Of a DNA stretch of 64,000 nt, positions 25,668 through 39,257 are shown piece by piece (positions within the stretch are counted from its first letter, which is position 1; each line of letters begins with the position of its first letter). The translations under genes were made by a program, and so were the position numbers. The DNA is from Marsupella aquatica (Eukaryota > Plantae > Marchantiophyta), in assembly GCA_973895155.1 (NCBI GenBank), contig OZ316892.1, positions 20,521,519 to 20,585,518 on the forward strand. Reading direction: 5' to 3'. The notes below the pieces were generated by a model. That model had not been told where the DNA came from and did not search any database. It saw nothing but the letters and a program-made list of their open reading frames with translations.

Positions 25668-28600
25668 GAGATTGTGTTGCGCCCAAGTCAAGCAATGGTG
25701 CCCCGTGTAGCAAAGATGGACTGACGCTTACTGCATTCAAGTGTGGGATGTAACTATGTTTCAAGTATTTTTCATGGTTCGCTGTCAAAGGGTCTGGTTA
25801 AGTTTCTCGGGCGGTGTCCCCTTGAAAAACAAAGGGTCTGGTTAAGTCTAAATCCACCTTAGTCCCCATGAAGTCCATAAGATGCAGGAGGGGCCTTGTC
25901 AAGTCCTATGCACTATTTACTTTGGAAATATCATTCATTCTCCACACCCCCATCCCTCCTTTCCTCGTGCACACAGATCGAGACTACTATGCCTGGGTAG
26001 GGAGAGTTCTTGCATGGGATGTGGGAGGAGTATTTTTGTCCTCCTTGGGGCACATAGGGAAGTGTCCAATTGAGCCTCCCCTCCATCGTTCGCATCCATG
26101 TGCCTCGCCTCCCCTTTCTCCTCGATCTCGCCCCCCCCTTTTTCCTATTTTCTTGGGCCTCCCCCTCCCCATTTGCTTCCGTTTGTCTCCTTTGCACATA
26201 AAATATCAAGTTTTGTACGACCAACATGGTAAAAACCATGAGACTATTTAGTGTAGGCCTGAAAGTCTTGTCACTTTGGTAAGATTGTTGTTGTTGAAAT
26301 GTTATCACTTTGGTCACTATTGTTCTCGGGGAAGTTTTGTTGTCCAAAGAGTGCAAAACTTAGAGCATAGGGACCCAAGAAGGGTTACAGCGACCACCAT
26401 GTCACAGAACCAAAGCATAATTCCGCCATAGCAGGAGTATTTTTGTTTTACTTTTGCTTTAGTTTCAGCTTTTTACTGAATAGATTCAAAATATAGTTTT
26501 CATATATATAGGAAATCTATTTTTGATGTTTTCAAAGTTCCTTTTAAAGTTATTTGAAGCTTGTTTTTAATTTAATATTTTCAATTTGGGCAGGTATAGG
26601 GCAGCGTGGGCAGAAAATTGAAATAGGAGGACTGTCTGGGAGAAATCTAACTGTGTGAAAAAATCACTTTCTGATGAAGGGCCAGGATTAGCTCTCGTTT
26701 TTCTCATTTTCTAAGCAGAAGGAGAAAATTGGCTGGATACAGTTGTAGTGTTTGATATTATGCCCCTTCCCGTCCCTTTTTGTGCATTTCCTTTCCTGTT
26801 GATTTTCATTATGTGGACTAAACGAAGTGGAGTACTTGTGTAATTGAGACCTGGAAAATTCAAACCTGTATTTGATAGTACAACCCAGGGCTAGAAAATA
26901 CATGACTCTCAAGAACGAAAGGTACGTCATTTGTGACGATAAACTTTTTAGTGAGGGACCTGGTATATTTCTAGGCATTTGTGACGAGAAACTTTTTAGT
27001 GAGGGACCTGGTATATGACTATATGATTGTCATGTGAACCTACTGTAGTCTTCTGAGCTTATGGTCTAGAGTGAAACTTCTAGATCATGACTCTAGGTGT
27101 CTAGCTTAAGCTCTAGGGATAAAGTGAGTCTTTCAAAATGATCTACCTTGTGATCTACCTTTCGAAACCCAATTGAATCCGAAATGCTTGAATAGATAAT
27201 GGACTTGAATGTAGTCACCTCTCGTTAGTCTATTTACGACCAAAGGACTGACTTACAATCTTGATAATTGTTGCTGTTGTGTAATCTGTATAATTTTGTT
27301 TTGACTGTCAAGTGCATTGGACTGTCATGTAGTACATAGCCTAATGCTTCTGTGTTGCAAGGTGTTGTCTATAGTAAGCTAGGTTGAGAGTAAGTGTTGT
27401 CAAACATAGAGAGATGGTGAGGCAATCGGACATTGCGAGGAGTAGATCAGTAATTGGCCTAGCATATCACGACTGGGTTTCAAAGAGTGTGTGAGAGCTA
27501 GGAGAGAGTGGTTTTTGCATAAAAAGGTACATAGTGACACCTTTAAGTCCATCTCACGGTTGCATAAAATGATGTCAAGAGAATCCAATGGCCAGGGATG
27601 CTTCTTATTCTTCCCACCATCTTTCTCACCAGAATGACGCCCCATAAACAGACAATGAGAGAGCAAGAAAGAGCAGACGTACAGAAACTATACAGATAGT
27701 GTTTTCTCGATCAGATTAGATTTTGGGGGAAAAAGGAACTGTAGACACTAGTCCGACAGGCATCCACATAATTAATTCTTTGTCCAAGATTTAGGGTGAA
27801 GATTCGCTTGGTGGTAAAGATGGAGTAAATGCGGAAGGACATTAATGATGATTGAGGGATCAGGCCTTGACTGATTCAGAGTAGGGGCCATCTGGTGTCG
27901 TCAATTGGGCCTTCTGCAGACTGATTCCCTGTGTGGGGGGGGGGGGCCTCCGGTTTGGTCATTGGGACCCATCTGCACAGTCGTTTTAAGAAATGTGTAT
28001 CTCGATTCCTTTTCTAGCTCGTCAGTGGGGGAGGTGCAAAGTCTGAGCTCCTTGATTATTATAAGTCCGATTTTTCCAACCCTAAACAACTCACTTCTGC
28101 TGAGGACCCGTGAGCTCTGATGTCCCTCGAGGACCGCCGCTTCGTTCCACATTATCGCCAGCTTACCCTCTTCAATTCAGTCGAGGTGGGCACGACTGAA
28201 TGGTCTCGGATTGTGGATTGTGGCAGTGTTGTTTCGTCAAGTGACGCTTCCCTTTCCAGGGAACAGGAGAGCGAGACCGATTGCTCTATTGCCTATCGAA
28301 AACATGACACTTTTGGGGAAGATGGAAATCGGGACTAGTGTTTAGGACATTTCAGCTTCGGCTGCATTTTGTGTTCCTCGATCAGTAACACTGCAGTCCA
28401 TCGGCTGTAATGTGAAGACAGAGAAAGTGACTGGCCAGTGAGCGGATCGATGCCTTCCTCCTCTCCAAGAGATGCCATGCGCAATCATTCCGAGTTCCTT
28501 GAGAACCTAGACGAAAGGTCCTGGGTGGTCTGGTGGTGGTGTTGACAAGCGGGACAGGTGATGAGTGATGCATCTTGAGTCGTCGAGATTTGTTCAGCCA

Positions 28601-29241
28601 TTGCAGAAAGATGAGTTGAATCGATCTGGAGGTGATGATCGACACAATTTTCCACATCAGACCCAGAAGAAAAAATCCTCTGCGCTTGATGCTAGAGAAT
28701 CTGGCCGGAAGAGATCACGTTTGAGTAAGGGGCAATCACCTGACCCAAAGGTGGGACGGATTGCAAGAGTGGCTATTCGGGAAAGCCATTATTCACTTCA
28801 TCAAAGCAAGTTCTTTCGAGCGATCAGTGGCTGCATGAGATAAACCACACGAGGCGAAGGTTTCCCCAAAAGTCAGAAGATTTGTCCATCGTGCGGTCAA
28901 AGTGCCTTAATTTTTCTTTCCCTTGCTACTCTCGATCGGCTGTTTTCGCTTCTCACGCCTGCTTGCTGAGATATTTGATGTTCCGTCGCACGCGAGCAAG
29001 TTTGATGAAGTAGCTGCGAGGCCCATAGCAGTGGGGCAAGTGAAGCGCGAGATTCTCAAGGGGGACAAGGCATTGAAAGCTGGGATTGGGTGAACGTCTG
29101 CAGTAGGTGGCAATTCGGGATAGAGCAACGGTCGTGATCGTAGCCTGCATCATCAGGGCACATTGTCTGTAGGTGCACAGTTCCCGCGAAGCAGCATCAC
29201 GGCGAAAACCCTCACTTCTCCTAATATTTGCGAGGCAGGTA

Positions 29242-30528
29242 ATGGATGCCCAAGACATGCAAGCTCTGGAAAGAGTGGTTGAAAATAGAAAAGCAAGAGA
29301 TGCCGCCGACTCGTCGTGCGCCTCGCCGCCGATGAAACATTCATCGTTTCTATGTGCGAAAATCTTGAGTTTCTTCAGGAAGAATCGGACTTCCCCGCCC
29401 GAACCGAGTGAGTTGAGGGGCTGTGGCTTCCCAACTCGTGGACGCTCTCGTGGCTTGCCTCCTTCCCCAAGCGCTAACAGCAACAAGTATATGCCTGGCG
29501 GGGTCCCAGGATTGGTCTCAGCCAACTGCAGGGGCATTGGGAGAACCAACGTAGCGGCCATGGGCTCACCTATGGCTGCGTCGACAAGGCCAAAATCTGG
29601 CAGGGGCAGGGGCAGGGGCAGTAGTAGGCACCATGACTTTCCCGCGGGACATCAGAGAGAGCTTGGGCAGGGAGGTGTGCAGCCGATCACCACTTCATCA
29701 AGGCAGTCATCTCCACAGGCTTTGGGACACGAGAACATTGGAGCAGCATCTGCATCTGCACCGATTGCGAAAGGCCGCCGCAAACGGAAACGGCTGTCTA
29801 AAAAGGCTCCCATCGTGATCTTCAAGGCGACAAAAGAGGAATTTATGGACTTTGTGCAGCGGCATACGGCTTGCAGAGAGCCTCCAGTTCCGGTAGTCGT
29901 CCGGCCTCAACCAGAACGTCCGCAACCTGAGCATCCGCAAGCTAATGCAGTGCCGATCAATGTGGGTTTGGATAGCTGTGAAGATCCACCAGCAAGAGCA
30001 GACTCTTCGCCGACATCCATGATTAGCGTAGTTCATTCTCCTCCTTCACCCATTGTCTCCGATCGGGTTTCTGAAGCCCCATTTTGCGTTCCATCTACTT
30101 CCGTTTCTTCCTCTCTGAATGACGTCATGGGGTTCGGTTCGAATACTCCTCGTTTCCTGGAGGACTCGTTCTATGATGAAAACTTAGGGCAGCTATCAGA
30201 TGACAGTCTCCAGCCGGCATCGTCGGTGGCTGACTATCCTACTTCAGAGCCCATGAAGCACAAGCGCGAAGGTAGTACAACGCCAGCGAACCCAGTTACA
30301 GTGAGTGTCCAAGAGGATGCAGTTCTACCATCCGAGGGCAACGGCGGGGAGGGCATTCCGCGAGAACAAGTGTGTTCTGGCACCTACTTTGACTCAGGGT
30401 CACAGCTTTTAGGTCTCGGTCATCGACACCACGAAATGGGCCTCTTCGAAATGGAGTATGACCCCGACGAGTATCTAACCGATGACCGTTGCATCCAGAT
30501 GGCTGATTCTTTTCTCAACTTTCAATAA
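29242..30528 (+). CDS. VQ-motif-containing protein (intronless; start codon uncertain)
   Basis: A basic patch RRKRKRLSKK is followed by PIVIFKATKEEFMDFVQRHTA, a variant of the FxxhVQxhTG motif. The rest is low-complexity, as is usual for plant VQ proteins. Confidence 0.7.
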   Translation: MDAQDMQALERVVENRKARDAADSSCASPPMKHSSFLCAKILSFFRKNRTSPPEPSELRGCGFPTRGRSRGLPPSPSANSNKYMPGGVPGLVSANCRGIGRTNVAAMGSPMAASTRPKSGRGRGRGSSRHHDFPAGHQRELGQGGVQPITTSSRQSSPQALGHENIGAASASAPIAKGRRKRKRLSKKAPIVIFKATKEEFMDFVQRHTACREPPVPVVVRPQPERPQPEHPQANAVPINVGLDSCEDPPARADSSPTSMISVVHSPPSPIVSDRVSEAPFCVPSTSVSSSLNDVMGFGSNTPRFLEDSFYDENLGQLSDDSLQPASSVADYPTSEPMKHKREGSTTPANPVTVSVQEDAVLPSEGNGGEGIPREQVCSGTYFDSGSQLLGLGHRHHEMGLFEMEYDPDEYLTDDRCIQMADSFLNFQ

Positions 30529-32469
30529 CATCAGGCCAGGAAGGATCTCTTCACCCAAAGGGGTCTCGTCGACCGCCTAAAGCAGCGTAATTTAAGTTTG
30601 TCGACCTTGTCTTTGGGAGAAATGCCCATTCTTTAGAAGAAGTTTCGCAGGTTAGGATTTTTAGTGGGGAAACTGAATTAGCTAGAGCCACACGGTCAAG
30701 CTACATGATCCCCGCCCTCAAACCAAAAATCCTGTCTTGTAGTGTGTGTTGCGACAGCTCAGCTGTGAATCGTTGATAGGCAGCTTTATTAATGGGTTGT
30801 GACGAATGGATTCTTCACACAAGTCCACTTCGTCGAATTTCCAAGATTCCTGATTGATCTATTGCAGATTGGCAGCTGTACAAAATGTACTCAAACATAG
30901 TGATGTATAGTTCCGAAATATTGATTTCATGTATTTGTTTCCTCAAAAGGCATGGACTAATGGTGCCCTCCTGGCATTTGCTTCGGCAAATCGAGGTCCC
31001 GCCACTACAGATGATTGTCAAGTTTCCAGACGTGCTGTGATTGAGAATTGAAGGTTTTCGGGACTCAGCGTCACTCCGAAATGTATGTCTAGCTGTGAGT
31101 TGAGAACAATCTCGCGTCTACACTGCTTGCTTAGTAACTCGTCATCGGCTCGGAATTATGTCTCATTTTTGTAGAATCCCACACATAATTTGCGACGACT
31201 TCCATGTAGCCTGCAGAATTTCTCCGTTCTGTCTGACCAATAAATCACAGATTAAGCGTATGCAGGATTTCACCAAAACCTGGGCTGAGTGGGAGAACCT
31301 GTCCATCGTGGTTATCAATCGAGTGTAGTTGATTGTTGTGGGTTCGCAGGTATGCTGCACTGAGGTTGAAGCGAAGGCGTCGATGGAGAAGCGTGATGCT
31401 GCTTGTACTGTGGTATTTTTCCTAATTTGGGCTCAGACAGCTCTGCATTATGAAAATAGAGTACTCATTGTAGACGATGCCATCTTACTTAAGATGATTT
31501 TCCTGGAACGGATGGGATCAATAGGGAATTAGGTAACAACTGGAACTGCTTTAGTGAAAGACAGCAACAAATCCGGAAGTTGGAGAGATTTTCAGCGGAA
31601 TCCTTCAAGAATTTCCGAACTGAGATCCTACAGTAGTTTAGTTCATTATGGCAGATCACATGAAATTTCAGTGCGAAAGATGCGATCGAATGTTTGTTGC
31701 TTTAATGTCTGTGATCCAATGATGGCAATTTGCTGACATATGGGAATGCCGCCGCAAGAAAGTAACTGTCTAGTTTTTGATTAAACGTGTGGCGAACTTC
31801 AGGTTTATCCTTGCAGCGCTCAAAAAAACTCCGTGCGCTACCTATAGTAAGTTATTCACTAGATGTCCTTGATAATCGTGTTTATAGGCTCCTCATCATT
31901 CTTCAAACGTGATAGGCAGCTCGCCACATCCATGGACTCTAATTTGAACAGATATCAATTGTGTTAAGGAATCAGACGGCACCGGAAACAACTTCGTCGA
32001 CGTGAGAGCTGCGGGTCCGAAAGAAATGATGGATCTCGATGACACGCATGAAAATTCAATGTCATCCCATCACGACGAATCCATTGAGATCCGCCTCAAG
32101 AGTGCAAGCTGCATTATTTGTGGGAGCTGAGCGTTTATTATAATTCTTACGCTGAAGTTCTCAAAAAATCTTGTGATCGTGTACAGTAATTTACAGCATA
32201 CACAATCATCACAGTCAGTAGACTCAGTGTCCAACTTACTGCTCTGGGACGTAGAGTAGTGTAAGAACATCGTTCCAAGCCTCTCCAATGTTTGGTGGGG
32301 TTCACATACTTACTATATATATATTTGGGCAAAAGCTTTTCAGGTCTTACGCTTGCGGTCGGGCACTGTCCCCGGTTTGAGCTGTCGGACAACTTGTCGT
32401 GTTGTCGGACACGACAACTTGTCATTTGTCGCCCGAAAATAACCCTATTTGTCGCATATTCCTTTTTAT

Positions 32470-33055
32470 GCCCCGGTCCGGCCCCGGCCCGACCCGGCCC
32501 GGCCCAATCCCTTCCCGGCCCGGTCCATTCCCTCCCCGACTCTTCCCGGCCCCTTCCATTCCCGGCACGGTCCGGCACCCGGGTCGGCCCGGTCTCTTCC
32601 AGGCCGGGCGGGATGCGGGGCCGGGAATGGGAGGGGCCGGGCCGGGAAGGGGGAAGGGAAGAGGCCGGGAAGGGGAGGGGTAGGGCCAGGCCGGGAAGGG
32701 GGAGGGGAAGGGGAAGGGAAGAGGCCGGGAAGGAGAGGGGTAGTGCCGGGCCGGGAAGGGGGAGGGGAAGGGAAGAGGCCGGGAAGGGGAGGGGTAGGGC
32801 CGGGCCGGGAAGGGGGAGGGGAAGGGAAGAGGCTGGGAAGGGGAGGGGTAGGGCCGGGAAGGGGGAGGGGAAGGGGGAGGGAAGGGGAAGGGGAAGGGGC
32901 AGGGCCGGGAAGGGAAGGGACCGGGCCGGGAAGGGACCGGGCCGGGAAGGGACCGGGCCGGGGGTAGGGACCGGGCCGGGACCGGGGCGGGGAGTTCGGT
33001 CCGGGGCGAGATTTTCCCGTTGGCTTTAAGGGCCGGGGCAAGTTTTAGGGCCGGC
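32470..33055. repeat. GC-rich GGGCCGGGAAGGG repeat array (probable hAT subterminal repeats)
   Basis: C-rich inverted copies (32470-32600) followed by many G-rich direct copies. Confidence 0.8.
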
Positions 33056-33659
33056 CATCGTTAGGGTTAGTAAAATAGAGGTTACTCTAACATAGGACGA
33101 ATGCCCCATAGGCCATTACTCAAAACTTGTATAAAAAGGGTCATCACATGTTCATTTATTCATTCTTTGAAACTTGTATTCCAATGGAAACTCATAGGTC
33201 TAAAGGAGGGAGCAAGAATGACTTTTGTACGCGCATGTTTGGAGCTTCGGTTCGACGTATGGCATTTCGTGCAGAAATTTTCGAATCTCCCTTAATAATT
33301 TAATGATATTTGTGAGTTTTGTGATACAATTATAACGATAGACGTATTCATGTACGCATGTTTGGAGCTTTGGCTCAACGTGTGATATTTTGCATGGTTA
33401 TCGCAATTCGTCGGAAATGTTTTCACTCAATTAGCAAATTATTGTATAATTATAGATATCACATACGTCGGATAGGAAAGTGAATGACTTAAAACAAAAG
33501 TAAACATTTGTGCTCATGCTTGGAGTTTAGACTCGGCATGGGATATTTCACTAATGTTTTATCTTCCTGTTTCCAAGTCGTTACTTTCAAAACAAAAATA
33601 AAACTATTTTTTGGTTGAGTGAAGGCATTTCACACTTATTTGTGAGTTAGTTTTCGACC

Positions 33660-35367
33660 ATGTCTTCAGATGAAGATGAGTCAGGTGACTTATCAGCCCA
33701 TTCAACTCCTGTTAGACAAGGTCAAAATCCGGCACGAGAACGTAGTGCAAAATTTTCCCCGGTATGGAAATATTTTGATCGATGTGACTCTCCGTCAGGC
33801 TGTCATGACATCAATCGTATGTATCGAAAATGCCGGTTTTGCAAAAAATATACTACGTTCCATGCAACACGAGCAAGGGCACATTTGATGGGAAATATAT
33901 ACAAAGGGGATGCACCACCTTGCCTAGGACTCTATGGTGTCATTGAATTGGATGACATCAATAGAATATACAATGTGATCAAAGTGGACTCTTCTATTAG
34001 GTACAAACGAAGCGATGGAAGTCATATACTATTGTCTGCCAGAGGTCGGAGATCGTTTATCCAAACGACAAATTCGCAAGCTTCAACTCGAGGCTCCAAT
34101 CATGTTGACGTGGAGGAGAATCCAAACATGAGTAATGCGGCTAGGGCATCACGTCTTTCAAACCCTATTACAGATGCTTATCAAATTCCAAATAGATCAC
34201 ATTTGGATAAGCTGTGGGCAAAAGCTTTTTACTCAAGTGGTATTCCGTTCAATGTCTCAGAGAATCCATTATTTCGAGAAGCAGTTGCAGAGACTTCTAC
34301 AGGAATTGTTAATGGGTATTCTCTTCCTAGTATGCGAAACCTCCGATTCAAATTGTTGGAGGAGGTCAAAGCTGATGTCGCAAAAGAAATGACAAAAACC
34401 ATGAAGGAGGCCAAACCTTTTGGATATACCCTTTCATCAGATGGATGGGAAAATATCCGAAGAGAACCCTTGATGAATGTCATGTTGTTGACTTGTAGAG
34501 GAGATATTTTCTTGGATAGTTGGAATGCTGCACAAGCTGATAAGAAAGATGGAAGACACCTTGGAGAGATGTGGCTAAAATATATAGACGAAATTGGCGC
34601 GGATCACATCATACAAATTGTAACCGACGGTGCACCCGCTAATCGAGTTGGAGGTGAAGATATAGTGATGCAAAAATATCCGCATGTTACTTGGAGCTGG
34701 TGCGCTGCCCACGTGTTTAATTTGTTGCTAGAAGACATGTGTGGCCATAAGAAAATTGTGGTAGATGAAAGTGGACGGAATCCATTCAAATTCATTTTCA
34801 AACGTTTGAGGTGGATAGTAAAAGCAGTTTCATCATCCCAAAAACTCTCCGCAATTTTTGTTCGAAAATCGTCCTACAGAAAACTGTTGAATCCAAATGC
34901 AACAAGATTTGCGACCAATTTCTTAATGGCGCAAAGAGCATTGGAGCTAAGAGGTCCCTTGCAAGAAATGGTCATTGATGACAAATGGCATCTTTATCGT
35001 GATAGGCTTCCAGGTCACTCAAGGTAGGACGGGCACATGACGAGAGCAAAGGCAGACGAATTGAAGCAATGGATTCAACAAGATGCATTTTGGGCTCAAG
35101 TGAGTTCTACAGTGACTTTTTTCACACCATTGGTGAAGATGCTACGTGAATTTGATGGGGACTCGCCGCAGTCAGCTTGGTTGTATTGGAGCTTGAAAAA
35201 GGGGATTGTTGAACTGGAGGCGAGCATGGAAGAATGTTCCTTAGTAACTGAGTACCTGAAACCAAGGATAAGGAAAGTGTATATGGATCGAAGGAAATCG
35301 CTTACTAACGATTTCATGCTAGCTGCAGCATATTTGAATCCTCATTATTTCTTTGATGAAGACGAAG
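33660..35367 (+). pseudogene. hAT transposase, N-terminal part (BED finger and DUF659-type catalytic region)
   Basis: VWKYF..CRFC..ARAHL, LSSDGW, IVTDGA, WCAAHVFNL, TRFATNF, AAAYLNP. In-frame stop at 35025-35027; cut at 35367 by the insertion. Confidence 0.93.
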
Positions 35368-35402
35368 AACACAGTGACGGACCAAACGAGAAGTATGACC
35401 AC
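35368..35402 (+). repeat. Left TIR of the Sola-like element
   Basis: AACACAGTGACGGACCAAACGAGAAGTATGACCAC. Confidence 0.92.
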
Positions 35403-36859
35403 CAAACGAGAAGTGTGTTTTCGATTTCACAAAAAACGGCAAAAAATCACTAAAATTAAGATCAAAAATGCTATTTTGAGGATGAATCCAAAATCGCATC
35501 CAACATCGGATTTCAAATCGAGATACTGTCGACACAAAAACAAAGAATTGTTACAATCCAGAATTACGATACACTTCATCTAAAAAAAGGGCAAATTACA
35601 AAACCTAGAAAAACAATGCTTTTCACGTGATCCTCTAAAAGCTAAATCCGAGAGTCAAACAAAATGAAGAAAACACAAGATTTCATTTTTGCCTTAAAAA
35701 TGGCAAACTGAAAATGGGATACGGCGTATCCCATTTCGGATTCAACTGTTGAACGTGGACGAAAACCGCACCAAATCATTCTCTTGACGCTTCCATTTAA
35801 CCTCGGGTTAAAAATATTTGAATTTTTAACTGAGTTAAACCGGAAAATTGTGAAAAACTAACCGCGGACTACAGTCGACCCACACAGTTAGTTAAGTTAA
35901 CCCGATGACAAGTTCGGAATTTTTTTAGCCCATAACGCATGATGAATACGAGACGGGATCCAAGTATCCACTCTCGTATTCAACCTCAATGTTTTCCACC
36001 TGAAACTTTCCATCAGATCTTTCGACATGAATACCAACTGAGATCCATGGATCCCGTTTTTTCGCAAGTCCAAAAACTCATCGGGAAAACAGGAGGATGA
36101 ATACCAGACCCGGGGTCCTCACTTAATAACTTCCGACCCATCACGCGCGAATAAGTATAGGGTTTTTTAATTCAATTTTCTAGAATACTTAAGAAGTTTT
36201 GTGGAAGAACTATAGGGGTTTAAAATTAAATCCCGCAACTTAGAAGTATAGTAGGGCAGCAAAAAAACCTTGCTCTTCAATATAAGTTGTTAGTATAAGA
36301 TAGGGGTATTAGCCAACAAAATATATGGGGTATACGTGTCAATCTTTTATTGGTCCACGTGGCAATTCCTTTCATAACTTGGTTTAGGGGCACCATGTGG
36401 GGGACCATGTGTACTCCATGGCCAATTTGGGTCAAAATTTAAATTATGGGTGTGAGCGGGAGGTCATCTATGAGGGGAGAAGAGCAAGGGTCAGGCGCGC
36501 AGGTCAAGAGCCATTTAGGACCATCGATCCAGGTTAGTGCCGTTTGTGTCAACATCATGCGGCCATACATTGGTAAGACAGTCCATTCTTTGTTACTTGC
36601 AGCGAGACTTGCGGCGGCCATGCAGGGCCTGATTTAGGGTAAAATCGAGCAGCGATGATCCAACCATCCGTTTGTTGGGCCATCGGTCGGCTATGGTTTG
36701 CCCTGGCCATTTTGAGAAGTTCGTGAACGTCTTGCAGCATTTTGGGCAAAAATTGAGAGGGTGAGTCGCGAGGGTAGGGGCTAAACGCTGCCTCGATACT
36801 TTTCAAAAGGAAATGCATGCATGTTGCAGGGCACTGCGATGCACTGATTGAGGAAGGTT

Positions 36860-37500
36860 GAAGATTGATCGAGGGCGAGATGACTGTGGATGGAGCTGCT
36901 GTGATCGGGGGGCACTAATTGCTGTGATCGGGGAGCTTTGCTGTTTGGGCTCAATGCTGCTTCGATACTTTTCTGAAGGATTTGCATGCATGCTGCAGGG
37001 CTTTATATTGAGCTACAGCTTGATCGGGGGCGGGGCTGTGACTTTACATTGAGCTGCAGCTTGATCGGGGGCGGGGCTGCAACTTTACATTGAGGAGCTG
37101 TGATCGGGGGCAGGCTGCAACTTTCAATTGAGCTGCTATGATCGGGGCTGCAGCTTTTGATTGAGCTGCTGTACGTGATCGGGGGACAAGATTGAGCAAG
37201 GCTGAGATTGATCGGGGGACAATTGTTGATCGAGCTGCTGCTGTGACCGGGGGAACTTTTTGTTGAGCTGGAGCTGGGTCGGGGGCGGGGCTGAAAATTT
37301 CAATTGACTGAGGAGCTGTGATCGAGGGTGGGGCTGCAACTTTCGATTGCGCTGCTATGATTGGGGTGCTGCAGCTTTTGATGGAGCTACTGTGATTGGT
37401 AAACCTAGATTGGGAATGATGGAGCTATTGTGACCGGCAAACCTATGATCGATCGAACCTGTGATTGAGCTGCTATCATCGGCAAACGTGTGGTCGAGTT
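36860..37500. repeat. Degenerate tandem repeats (GAGCTG...TGATCGGGG)
   Basis: The motif recurs more than 10 times inside the P-like element. Confidence 0.75.
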
Positions 37501-37709
37501 GCTATCAGCGGGCAAACCTACTTTTGGTGGAGTTTTCTATCCATTGCTCTTAGTGCTTTCGAATTGCCTATGCTGTGTGTCCTACTTTTTGTATAAATTG
37601 CACTCGTGATGTTAAGGGCAATGCTCATTTGTCTGTATGCTTTTCAGTTTACTTGTTGCCACCTTACGCTCCGCAAAGAAACTTCTCGTGCCATGCATCT
37701 CATCGCTAG

Positions 37710-37950
37710 TCTGCTCTATTGCTCGCTACTCTGCTCTATTTCTTGCTCTCTGCTCTATTGCTCGTTGCTCTGCTCTATTGCTCGTTGCTATGCTCTATTG
37801 CTTGTTGCTTTGTTGCTCTATTGCTCGCTGCTATGCTCTATTGCTTGTTGCTTTGTTGCTCTATTGCTCGTTGCTCTGTTGCTCACTGCTTTGTACCTCG
37901 TTGCTCTGTCGCTGCTCTGTACCTCGCTGCTCTGTACCTCGCTGCTCTTT
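37710..37950. repeat. Minisatellite-like CTATTGCTCG(T/C)TGCTCTG repeats
   Basis: Visible tandem array that generates spurious Leu/Cys ORFs. Confidence 0.8.
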
Positions 37951-39257
37951 TGACAGTCCATGCCAATGTTTGTTGTGCAATACCTTGCTTACCCATAGCT
38001 TCATTTGTTAGCCAGCTTTCTCCTCATCAAGCCAGCTCCTTTGTCCTTGATCATGTGAGCTAGTGTCGAGAGCTCTTAAAGAATCCATGTCTGTATCTCC
38101 CCCCTCTTTTGCAAGCAGATTTATGAGAGCTTGTCCTGCTTGTAAGGATCCATTGAATGATGGCTTAGCACTCCAGATGTTGAAGTGAGAAGGAACTGGG
38201 GAAGGAACTTACCAAAAGTGAACACATTTAAGTGAGAGAAATGCCTGAACTGCAGTCGCTGCACATGTTGATCATACTAAAAGCTCATGTTCGGGTGGCA
38301 GTCCAACTCATTCCAAGTTGGCAATAGAGCTTGGACAGGAACTCTAAATTCCATGGATTGCTGAAAATCAATTTAGAAATAGAGGCTTTGACTTGGCGCA
38401 AGGGAGCTAATTCGATCTGCAAGTGCCGTTTCATTCGATCTGCAAGTGCTTGTGGTGGAGTTTCCTCACTGTCCTGCTAGTTTTGAATTGCTTCCTTTGA
38501 TTCATTCTGAGTGATTTGATTTTCTTGCTCAATAGAATGTCCTGTCAATCATCTCCCTCTCTTTGTTGCTCTTGAGTTCCCTTTGCTTTGTCTAGGAGAC
38601 TTAGATAAACTATTAGCTCTTGGTGAATGCAATATGTGGCTGTTCCTCCAAGGCAATGGAAGGCATTCGTTTATACAAGGTGGGCATTGGTTCGAGTTGT
38701 GACTGAGGTGATTGTGGCTGTGATCAAGGTGCAGCAAGAGTTTTGATCCAAGTAGGGGAATAGCAGATTCGCCCTTGGTACAACAGAATCCCTAGAGGCA
38801 CTGTTGTTTCTCCTCTGCCAGCTTGTGTGACATTCATTTGGCTTTGTGTTGTGTAGGTTTTCCAACCAAAGGTTCTCTTCAACATCTATAACTTGGAACC
38901 AGTATTATGCAGTTTGGTATGCCCTGACCCTGGCTCTAGCTGAACTCGAATTGAAATTTAAAGTTGAATTTCAGTCAGCCTTTTCATATGCTCTTGACTT
39001 GTCTTGCAGGATGGATTGGCTTAGGATGTAGTGGAATCATCTGAGAAGCTTCAGCAATATACCAGGGTTCACATGTAACGATTGTGGAAGGAGCAGGATT
39101 CAAATATCACCATTTGCTGCAGCTACAATCAAACAAGAGATTGATTAAAGGTATGATTCTATCTAGGATGCTTGTAGTTGCAAGTTACATAATATCAATC
39201 TACTGTTCAATATATGTTGAATGGATATTGAGGGGTTGCAGAACAAATGTTGAGTGA

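Noticed and set aside
32147-33041. Several long Gly/Arg/Pro-rich ORFs
   Set aside because: They arise from a stop-poor GC repeat that is open in many frames on both strands.
35370-35376. Transib/RAG or CACTA assignment based on CACAGTG
   Set aside because: The TIR extends two bases further out (AAC...), the TSD is 4 bp, and the transposase motifs are Sola-type.
37606-38063. Leu/Cys-rich ORFs in three frames
   Set aside because: Translation of a minisatellite.
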